Below, piece after piece: positions 30,697-38,677 of a stretch of DNA of 48,084 nt. Made by a program: the position numbers and the translations under genes. Under the pieces are notes generated by a model that searched no databases, was not told the DNA's origin, and was given only the letters and a program-made list of their open reading frames with translations. Source of the stretch: Gillisia sp. (lineage in GTDB: Bacteria; Bacteroidota; Bacteroidia; Flavobacteriales; Flavobacteriaceae); contig JAGXIK010000171.1 in NCBI GenBank assembly GCA_024635715.1, forward strand, positions 1 through 48,084. Reading direction: 5' to 3'. Numbering within the stretch: position 1 is the first letter of the stretch; every line of letters begins with the position of its first letter.

Positions 30697-30743
30697 AGTA
30701 GAAAGTTGAGTTGTTTAATATAACTCAACATTTCTACTTTTTT
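30697..30743 (+). terminator. Intrinsic terminator after aldA
   Basis: AGTAGAAA-GTTGAGTT ... AACTCAAC-A-TTTCTACT followed by a T-run. Confidence 0.8.
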
Positions 30744-30782
30744 AAATGACAAATGCTATTTCAAAATAAAAAGAAGTAACCA

Positions 30783-31520
30783 ATGAGAGTAGGTTTATTT
30801 ATTCCCTGTTATATCAATCAGTTATATCCACAAGTTGCCATTGCGACTTTGGAATTATTAGAAAAATTGGATGTGGATGTGTACTATCCAACTGGGCAAA
30901 CCTGTTGTGGGCAACCTTTAGGGAATTCGGGTTATGAAGAAGATTCCAAAGGAGCTTGTCAGGTTTTTGTAGAAAATTTCAAGGAATACGATTATATCGT
31001 AGGACCATCAGGAAGCTGTATTTATCACATTAAAAAGCATTTCGATATTATAGAACAAACAGATGATGTTATCAATGTTCGTAATAATGCATACGAGCTA
31101 TGTGAATTTATAGTAAAGATATTGGGAAGAACAGATTTAGGTGCTTCTTTTCCGCACAAAGTTGGTTTGCATAAAAGCTGTCATGGCCTTCGTGGCTTAA
31201 ATTTAGGCTCTTGTTCCGAAAGAATGGATCCGTATTATTCAACAGAAGAAGATTTACTGAACAATGTAAAAGGATTGAAACTAATGTCGCTTTCCAGAAA
31301 AGATGAATGCTGTGGATTTGGAGGAACTTTTTCAGTTTTTGAAGAAGCGATTTCAGTGAAGATGGGAAAAGACAGAATTCAAGATCATTTGGATAATGGT
31401 GTTGAAGTTATTACAGGGGCAGATCATTCTTGTCTAATGCATTTGGAAGGATTAATAAATAGAAATAACCAACCAATTAGAGTTATGCATATTGCTGAAA
31501 TTTTAAATAGTAGTATTTAG
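30783..31520 (+). CDS. lutA: L-lactate utilization protein A (CCG-domain Fe-S protein)
   Basis: LFIPCY, QTCCGQP, SGSC, SCHGLR, ECCGFGGTF. Confidence 0.9.
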   Translation: MRVGLFIPCYINQLYPQVAIATLELLEKLDVDVYYPTGQTCCGQPLGNSGYEEDSKGACQVFVENFKEYDYIVGPSGSCIYHIKKHFDIIEQTDDVINVRNNAYELCEFIVKILGRTDLGASFPHKVGLHKSCHGLRGLNLGSCSERMDPYYSTEEDLLNNVKGLKLMSLSRKDECCGFGGTFSVFEEAISVKMGKDRIQDHLDNGVEVITGADHSCLMHLEGLINRNNQPIRVMHIAEILNSSI

Positions 31521-31522
31521 TT

Positions 31523-32893
31523 ATGAGTCATTCTGAAAAAGCAACACTATTCAACAAGGATGAAGCCAAAGTAAATTGGCATGATAAAGCTTTGTGGTTT
31601 GTTAGAGAGAAAAGAGATACAGCAGCTTATAATGTAAAAGGTTGGGAATACTTAAGAGAAGTGGCTTCAGGTATTAAAGCAAATGTATTATCCAATTTAG
31701 ATAACTATTTAGTTCAGTTTGAAGAAAATGCTCAAAAAAATGGAATAAAAGTACATTGGGCGTCAGATGCAGAAGAGCACAACACAATTGTTCATAAAAT
31801 TTTAGCCGATAAAAAAGCTACAAAAGTGGTCAAAAGTAAGTCTATGTTGACTGAAGAGTGCCATTTGAATCCTTATTTAGAAGCTAAAGGAATTGAAGTT
31901 ATTGATACCGATCTTGGAGAACGCATTGTGCAACTAGCAAAAGAATCTCCAAGTCATATTGTACTGCCGGCAATTCATAAAACAAAAGAAGAAGTTGATG
32001 AATTATTCCAAGAACATTTAGGAACAACCCCGAGCAATGGGAATCCTGAATATTTAACCAATGAAGCAAGAAAACATCTTCGAGATAAATTTTTAAAAGC
32101 CGATGCAGCCATCACAGGAGTAAATTTTGCAGTAGCTGAAACAGGTGGTTTTGTAGTTTGTACCAATGAAGGAAATGCCGATATGGGAGTGCATTTAGCA
32201 AAAGTCCATATTGCTTGTATGGGAATTGAAAAGATAATTCCTAAAGAAGAACACATAGGTGTTTTTTTACGCTTATTAGCAAGAAGTGCCACAGGACAAC
32301 CAATTACCACTTACTCTTCTCATTTTAACACACCTGCTCCTGGGACTGAAATGCACATTGTTGTAGTTGATAATGGAAGAACAGAACAGCTAGGGCGAGA
32401 AGATTTTAGATCTTCATTGCATTGCATTCGTTGTGGAGCCTGTATGAATACTTGTCCGATTTACAGACGCAGTGGAGGCCATAGTTATGACGCAACTATT
32501 CCTGGACCTATTGGTTCAATTTTATCTCCAGGAAAAGATTTGAAAAAATACAGTTCGTTGCCTTTTGCCTCAACTTTATGTGGTTCTTGTAGCAATGTTT
32601 GTCCGGTGAAAATTAATATTCACGAGCAACTTTACAAATGGAGGCAATTAATTGTTAAAGATGTAAAGCAACCACTAGTAAAAAAATCAATATTAAAAAT
32701 TGCAGGAGTCGTTTTATCGAAGCCCAAATTATATAATTTGGCAGGTAAATCAGCACGGTTTATGCTGAAATATGCACCAAGATTTATGGTGTATTCTAAA
32801 TTAAATGCTTGGGGAAAAGCACGAGAACTGCCTAAAGTAAAAAATGAGAATTTTGATGATTGGTATAAAGAAAAAAGAAAGAACAATGGGTAG
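31523..32893 (+). CDS. lutB: L-lactate utilization protein B (LUD plus 4Fe-4S)
   Basis: KSKSMLTEE, DTDLGE, PSHIVLPAIH, TNEGN, CIRCGACMNTCP, STLCGSCSNVCPV. Confidence 0.93.
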   Translation: MSHSEKATLFNKDEAKVNWHDKALWFVREKRDTAAYNVKGWEYLREVASGIKANVLSNLDNYLVQFEENAQKNGIKVHWASDAEEHNTIVHKILADKKATKVVKSKSMLTEECHLNPYLEAKGIEVIDTDLGERIVQLAKESPSHIVLPAIHKTKEEVDELFQEHLGTTPSNGNPEYLTNEARKHLRDKFLKADAAITGVNFAVAETGGFVVCTNEGNADMGVHLAKVHIACMGIEKIIPKEEHIGVFLRLLARSATGQPITTYSSHFNTPAPGTEMHIVVVDNGRTEQLGREDFRSSLHCIRCGACMNTCPIYRRSGGHSYDATIPGPIGSILSPGKDLKKYSSLPFASTLCGSCSNVCPVKINIHEQLYKWRQLIVKDVKQPLVKKSILKIAGVVLSKPKLYNLAGKSARFMLKYAPRFMVYSKLNAWGKARELPKVKNENFDDWYKEKRKNNG

Positions 32894-33467
32894 AGCAGCA
32901 ATATTAAAATCTGTACAAGAAAACAAACCAACATTAGTGCCATTGCCAGAAATCGATTTGAATTCTTTTGATGAAAGCATCGATATTCTTGAAACTTTTA
33001 AAAGTAATGTTAAACTTGTTGGGGGAAACATCATAGAATTAGCCGAAGAAAAAGACATTGACTTAGAGATTCTAAAAATGTATCCAAATAAACCAAGAAT
33101 AGTTAACTGTACTAAAGAATCTACTTTAGGAACCGTTTCAATTTCAGAAATAACAAGACCACATGAGCTTGACACAATTGATTTAGCTATCATAAATGGT
33201 GAATTTGGAATTGCTGAAAACGGTGCGGTTTGGATTTCCGAAACTCAATTTTCTATTCGAGTATTACCATTTATCACCAATGATTTAGTTGTTGTTTTAA
33301 ATAAAAAGGATGTGTGTTTACATTTGCATGATGCTTATAAATTGATTGCTAAAAGAGATCGATCTTTCGGGCTTTTTATATCTGGACCATCTAAAACTGC
33401 TGATATAGAGCAATGCTTAGTTATTGGTGCTCAAGGAGCAATGAGTTTGACTGTATTTCTAATATAA
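32886..33467 (+). CDS. lutC: L-lactate utilization protein C (LUD domain)
   Basis: Start moved to ATG 32886, overlapping the lutB stop. GIAENGAVW and ISGPSKTADIE. Confidence 0.9.
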   Translation: MGRAAILKSVQENKPTLVPLPEIDLNSFDESIDILETFKSNVKLVGGNIIELAEEKDIDLEILKMYPNKPRIVNCTKESTLGTVSISEITRPHELDTIDLAIINGEFGIAENGAVWISETQFSIRVLPFITNDLVVVLNKKDVCLHLHDAYKLIAKRDRSFGLFISGPSKTADIEQCLVIGAQGAMSLTVFLI

Positions 33468-33623
33468 TTTTGCACAATAAAAATTAGTAAAAATGCTTTG
33501 GAAACTTTAAAAATTTTAACACTAAAAATTAATTTACACTGTTTACAGGATAGTATCGAAAAATGAAGTTTTATATTTTGTATCTCCAGCATTATTTCAT
33601 TTCGTAAGCACTACATTTCATAA

Positions 33624-33679
33624 AGCTTCCAATTCCCCACAATAAGAGCTTTAAAAAAGCACTTATTTTTTGCCTTTGC
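33624..33679 (+). repeat. Direct repeat B, copy 1 (non-coding element-end motif)
   Basis: AGCTTCCAATTCCCCACAATAAGAGCTTTAAAAAAGCACTTATTTTTTGCCTTTGC is nearly identical to 45276-45332. Weaker similarity extends about 40 bp upstream. Confidence 0.92.
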
Positions 33680-33725
33680 GCTTTTGTAATAGTTTTAAAT
33701 TAAATGGTAAATTACAAGTGTACAG

Positions 33726-33992
33726 CTATTTTTTATTGAGTTCATTTAAGATTGCATTAGCCAATTCTTCTGCATTCTTGCGCATTTCTTGTTTTTTAGC
33801 TGCATCATAGGCAGGATGTGATTTCTCACTAAATTTACTCATTTCATAACCCGTATGAATTAAAATAAGTACATTAAATGCTACGTTGCAAAAGTATTGT
33901 CTTGGAGATACTTCATATTTTAAATAAATTTCAGAGGACAAATCATAGACTTGTTCAGTCATCCAAAGATCTTCAAAGGTCATTGCTTTATG
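33726..33992 (-). pseudogene. 3' remnant of a mobile-element gene, truncated at the junction with the ATPase remnant
   Basis: Only the distal part of ORF 33726-34178 (HKAMTFEDLW...ELANAILNELNKK) looks protein-like. The proximal part is the antisense of the ATPase copy. Confidence 0.45.
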
Positions 33993-34319
33993 ATTGTTTT
34001 CAATTTCAATGAAGCCGGATTTGAAGTATTGGAAAAATACAAGGACACCAAAGACTATTGTTTCGATGATCTGGGATTGGAACCAACAGGATGCCATAAC
34101 ACAAAAGATTGCAACGTAATAGAAGAAATACTGCTTTCGCGATATGACCTTTTCAAAACAAAAAACGTAAAGACGCACATCACCACCAACCTCAACGTCG
34201 AAGAACTTGAAGCACGCTATGGCAGCCAGTTTATAAGTAGATTAGGTGAGATGTTTAATCTCATTGGCTTTGCCAAATCATCAAAAGATAAACGGATTTG
34301 AGATTAAACATCCACGAAC
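33993..34319 (+). pseudogene. 5'-truncated copy of the DnaC-like ATPase (direct repeat A, copy 2)
   Basis: IVFNFNEAGFEVLEKY...CFDDLG...THITTNL matches the C-terminal half of 173-829. Walker A is absent. Stop at 34301. Confidence 0.92.
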
Positions 34320-34397
34320 ACCAAAACCAATAAAAAATGAGTGAGTAAATGTTTAATCTTGTAAGTTTTAAGAAAAATTCTGCTGATAAAAGAAAAT

Positions 34398-34486
34398 AAA
34401 AAAAACCCACCTCGAAAATTGCTATAAACGTGGTGGGTTAAAAAAAATTGCTATGAAAAAGATGAGTTGCCTAGCGACAACTCTGA
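34398..34486 (-). ncRNA. Candidate ~85-90 nt small RNA
   Basis: Minus-strand TATATTTG (-7) at 34491-34498. 5' hairpin GAGTTG/CAACTC (34464-34483), then single-stranded UCUUUUUCAUAGCAA, then terminator AACCCACC/GGTGGGTT (34404-34439) with U-run. No ORF. Confidence 0.6.
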
Positions 34487-34692
34487 ATTTCAAATATAGT
34501 ATTTCTAAGCTAATAATAATGACATATAAATGTTTAATTTTCAATTAAAAAACAATATCAAAAAACTTTTCTGATTTCTTCAATTTAAAATCTTAATTTT
34601 ATAACCATAAAATTGCTTTCATATAGTGTTAAATATCCTAGTATAGATAATAAACACTATTTTTGAATCACTCAGAAAAAGTACCTCATTAA

Positions 34693-37395
34693 ATGAATGC
34701 GTCACAAATTGAAAAAAATGTAATTGCTTTAGTTGAAAATTTCAACAAAGAAGAATTTATTTACGACTTGCTTCAATCTTATGGTATTTCAAAAACATCA
34801 ATTACACGATTAAAAAAAGGTGATTTCAATTTATCTAAAGTTGAAGGTGAGGTACTCTATAAAAAAAAGGTATTATTTAAGGAAGTTAGAACCGGAAAAC
34901 TTTTAACAATTATAGATGACATTACTAAAAATGAAGAAGCATTAAAGCACAATCCAAGATTTGTAATAGTAACTGATTATAAAACATTGCTAGCTAAAGA
35001 TACAAGAACCGGTTTAACGCTTGATATACCAATACTTGAAATTCATAAACATTTTCATTTCTTTTTGCCTTGGTCTGGCCAAGAAAAATACAGACAAAAA
35101 AATGACAATATAGCCGATAGAGATGCATCTTATCAAATGGCTAAATTGTATGATATTTTGGTGCACGAAAATCCTTCAATTTATGAGGATGGCGGCCATA
35201 ATCTAAATATATTCCTTTCCCGCATATTGTTTTGTTTTTTTGCTGAGGACACGCATATATTTCCTGTTGATGGAATGTTTACAACAACTTTAGAGCAACA
35301 TACCCAAAACAATGGCAGTGATGTAGCGGCATTTTTAGACCGTTTGTTTTTAAAGCTAAACACAAAGGAAGATTACAAAGCGCCGGCTTTTTTAAAAGAG
35401 TTCCCTTATGTAAATGGCGATTTATTTAGAAACACGATTAAATCACCAATATTTTCCGCAAAATCGAGAAAAATTATTTTAGAATGTGGTGATTTAGATT
35501 GGAGCGACATAAATCCTGATATTTTTGGCTCTATGATTCAGGCCGTAGTAAATCCCGAATACAGAAGCGGTTTAGGAATGCATTATACTTCAGTGCCAAA
35601 TATTATGAAGGTAATTGAACCCTTGTTTTTAAATGAATTATATGCCGAATTTGAAAAAAATAAAGAAAACCCAAAGAAATTACGCCAATTAATTTACCGT
35701 ATTTCCAAACTAAAAATCTTTGATCCTGCTTGCGGCAGCGGTAATTTTTTAATTATTGCCTATAAAGAGTTACGTAAACTGGAAATTAAAATTTGGTTAC
35801 AAATTAGCGAGCTGGAACCACAATACTCTTTTGTGTTTACAGAGGTGAAACTTTCTCAATTTTACGGTATTGAATTGGATGATTTTGCGCACGAAATGGC
35901 AATATTGTCTTTATGGTTGGCAGAACACCAAATGAATAAAGAGTTTGTGGATGAATTGTTTGATTTTGGCCGTTCAAAACCTATTTTGCCTTTAAAAGAA
36001 GCGGGGCATATTACCCAAGGCAATGCCACAAGACTTGATTGGGAAACAGTTTGTCCAAAAAATGAAGGTGATGAAATCTATATTTTGGGGAATCCGCCTT
36101 ATTTAGGTTACAGTCGCCAAGACAAACAGCAAAAAAATGATTTGGATTTAGTGTTTTATAATATTTCAGGTTACAAAAGCTTGGATTACATAAGTTGTTG
36201 GTTTTATTTGGGTAGTAAATATATAAAAGGTTTTAATTCAAAAGTCGCATTTGTATCTACCAATTCTATTTGTCAAGGAGAACAGGTTTCCCTTTTCTGG
36301 CCATTAATTATAAACCAAAATATAGAAATTGGTTTTGCACACCAATCATTTAAATGGACCAATAATGCTAAAGGAAATGCGGGTGTTTCTGTTGTTATTG
36401 TTGGGTTAAGAAACAAGATTAATGATAGAAAAATAATCTATAATAATAGTTTGGCTAAATATTGTGAAAACATAAGCCCATATTTAACGGATTCAGGAAA
36501 TTATTTCATTTCCAAACGTAATAAACCATTATCCAACATTCAAGAAATCGGTTACGGTAGTTCGGCATTAGATGGTGGTAATTTAATATTATCCAATGAA
36601 GAAAAGAAATTAATATGTTTTAATAATCCATATGTAAAAAAATATATTTATAAACTAATGGGTGCTCAAGAATTAATTAAAGGTGTTGAAAGATGGGCGA
36701 TTTGGGTAAACGATAATGATTTTAAAAATGCAAATGAAATAGAACCATTTAGAAAAAGGTTTGAAGAAGTTAAAAAATTTAGGAAAAAGAGCAAAAGACC
36801 ATCTACCATTGAAGCTGCTAATACGCCTTATAAGTTTGGAGAACCAAGATTTACTAAAGGGGAATTAATTTTAATACCAAAAGTTTCTTCTGAAATGAGA
36901 GATTATTTGCCAATTGGCTATTTTTCTGAAGATATAGTTGTAATGGATAAGGCTTTTCCAATTTATAAAGCAGAACCTTTTTTGTTCGGGATTGTTTCAA
37001 GTCTTATGCATACCGTTTGGATAAAAACCGTTGGAGGTAGGTTAGAAACACGATTAAGTTACTCTTCATCAATTTGCTATAACACCTTCCCTTTCCCGGA
37101 AATCACCCAAAAGCAAAAAGAACAAATCAATTTACACGTATTTGAAATTTTAGAAGAACGCGAAAAACATTCAGGTAAAACCTTGGCGCAATTGTATGAT
37201 CCCGATAAAATGCCAAAAGGTTTAAAAGAAGCGCACCACCAGTTAGATTTGGCCATAGAACGTTGTTATCGCTTAAAACCTTTTGAAAGTGATACCGAGC
37301 GTTTAGAGTACCTTTTTAAAGAATATGAAAAAATGATTACCAAAAACACCTTGTTAGAAAAACCAAAAAGAACACCAAAAGCTAAAAAAGTATAA
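34693..37395 (+). CDS. YeeA/DnmA-like (MmeI-family) N6-adenine DNA methyltransferase with TRD
   Basis: FPYVNGDLF, INPDIFGSMIQ, GMHYTSVPNI, motif I DPACGSGNF, motif IV GNPPY, YNTFPFP, TLAQLYDPDKMP. Confidence 0.9.
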   Translation: MNASQIEKNVIALVENFNKEEFIYDLLQSYGISKTSITRLKKGDFNLSKVEGEVLYKKKVLFKEVRTGKLLTIIDDITKNEEALKHNPRFVIVTDYKTLLAKDTRTGLTLDIPILEIHKHFHFFLPWSGQEKYRQKNDNIADRDASYQMAKLYDILVHENPSIYEDGGHNLNIFLSRILFCFFAEDTHIFPVDGMFTTTLEQHTQNNGSDVAAFLDRLFLKLNTKEDYKAPAFLKEFPYVNGDLFRNTIKSPIFSAKSRKIILECGDLDWSDINPDIFGSMIQAVVNPEYRSGLGMHYTSVPNIMKVIEPLFLNELYAEFEKNKENPKKLRQLIYRISKLKIFDPACGSGNFLIIAYKELRKLEIKIWLQISELEPQYSFVFTEVKLSQFYGIELDDFAHEMAILSLWLAEHQMNKEFVDELFDFGRSKPILPLKEAGHITQGNATRLDWETVCPKNEGDEIYILGNPPYLGYSRQDKQQKNDLDLVFYNISGYKSLDYISCWFYLGSKYIKGFNSKVAFVSTNSICQGEQVSLFWPLIINQNIEIGFAHQSFKWTNNAKGNAGVSVVIVGLRNKINDRKIIYNNSLAKYCENISPYLTDSGNYFISKRNKPLSNIQEIGYGSSALDGGNLILSNEEKKLICFNNPYVKKYIYKLMGAQELIKGVERWAIWVNDNDFKNANEIEPFRKRFEEVKKFRKKSKRPSTIEAANTPYKFGEPRFTKGELILIPKVSSEMRDYLPIGYFSEDIVVMDKAFPIYKAEPFLFGIVSSLMHTVWIKTVGGRLETRLSYSSSICYNTFPFPEITQKQKEQINLHVFEILEEREKHSGKTLAQLYDPDKMPKGLKEAHHQLDLAIERCYRLKPFESDTERLEYLFKEYEKMITKNTLLEKPKRTPKAKKV

Positions 37396-38396
37396 TGGAA
37401 CAGAACCAACAAAATATTATTATATACAATACTTCAGATGGCAAAGCATCAGTAACTTTATATGCCAAAGACGGAAGTGCTTGGATGAGCCAAAGCGAAC
37501 TTGCTGAACTTTTTGACACCTCTAAACAAAATGTAGGGCAACATATAGCTAAAATACTAGAAGATAAAGAATTAGAAGAAAATTCAGTTGTAAAGAATTA
37601 CTTTACAACTGCCGCTGATGGTAAAGAATACAAGGTTACTTTTTATTCTTTAGATATGATTTTGGCTATTGGTTTTAGAGTGCGTAGTAAACGAGGTATA
37701 CAATTTAGAATTTGGGCAAATCGTAACTTAAAAGAATATATGATTAAGGGGTTTGTTATGGACGATGAACGTTTAAAAAACCCCAACGGCCGTCCAGATT
37801 ATTTTGATGAATTATTGGAGCGCATTAGAGATAGTCGTGCTTCAGAAAAACGCTTTTACCAAAAAGTATGCGATTTATTTTCATTAAGTAGCGATTATGA
37901 TGCTACAGATAAATCCACTCAAATGTTTTTTGCCGAAACTCAAAATAAATTGCTTTTTGCCGTAACGGGAAAAACAGCTGCGGAAATTATAGTTTCAAGA
38001 GCCAATGAAAACAAACCAAATATGGCTTTAACATCTTGGAAAGGCGCTATCGTTAGAAAACAAGATATTTATATTGCAAAAAATTATTTGAGCGAAAATG
38101 AAATTGATACTTTAAACCGTTTAGTAGTTATCTTTTTAGAAACTGCCGAATTAAGAGTTAAAGATAGAATTGATATTACAATGAATTTTTGGAAAGAAAA
38201 TGTAGTTAGAATTTTAACCTTTAACGATAAAAATATTTTAATAGGTGCTGGAGGCATTAGCAACAAACAAATGGAAGAAAAAGTAAAGGAAATTTACCAA
38301 CGCTTTGAAACCAAAAGAAAAATTGAAGATGCACAGCAAACTGATAAAATTGAATTAGAGGAAATTGAAAAAATGCTTAAAAAGAAGAATAAATAA
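37395..38396 (+). CDS. RhuM-family (virulence/DNA-binding) protein
   Basis: WMSQSELAELF, YSLDMILAIGFRVRSKRGIQFRIWA, KGFVMDDERLK, RASEKRFYQKV. TAATG coupling to the methylase. Confidence 0.9.
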   Translation: MEQNQQNIIIYNTSDGKASVTLYAKDGSAWMSQSELAELFDTSKQNVGQHIAKILEDKELEENSVVKNYFTTAADGKEYKVTFYSLDMILAIGFRVRSKRGIQFRIWANRNLKEYMIKGFVMDDERLKNPNGRPDYFDELLERIRDSRASEKRFYQKVCDLFSLSSDYDATDKSTQMFFAETQNKLLFAVTGKTAAEIIVSRANENKPNMALTSWKGAIVRKQDIYIAKNYLSENEIDTLNRLVVIFLETAELRVKDRIDITMNFWKENVVRILTFNDKNILIGAGGISNKQMEEKVKEIYQRFETKRKIEDAQQTDKIELEEIEKMLKKKNK

Positions 38397-38523
38397 TTGT
38401 TCAAAAATAAATAAAAACACCTAAATACTTAATTATTAATGATATGCGTATTTTTATTTATTTTTTAAAAGAAAAAAAACCGTAACCCAAAATGGATAAA
38501 AGTTTAACTAAATAAAAAATTAA

Positions 38524-38660
38524 TTAGATAAACTTTAGACATTTTTTAGACAAACTTTAGATAGTTGAAAAATAAAAACCCTTGTATATAAAGGGCTTGT
38601 TAGCATAAGTAAACAAATATTTTAGATAAGCTTTAGACGTTTTTAGTTAAACTTTAGACA
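38524..38660 (+). repeat. Two clusters of four helically phased TTAG-core (mostly TTTAGA(C/T)A-like) repeats flanking a central inverted repeat
   Basis: TTAG cores at 38524, 38535, 38546, 38557 and at 38622, 38633, 38643, 38654. Central CCCTT-GTATATA-AAGGG at 38579-38595. Confidence 0.85.
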
Positions 38661-38677
38661 TAATTTAATAAATAGCG

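Noticed and set aside
33726-34178. Intact 150-aa minus-strand protein
   Set aside because: Its N-terminal part is the antisense of the ATPase remnant (the same shadow ORF as 464-865), so it is a chimeric reading across a deletion junction.
38524-38660. CRISPR array
   Set aside because: Units are about 11 bp with no unique spacers, and no cas genes are present.
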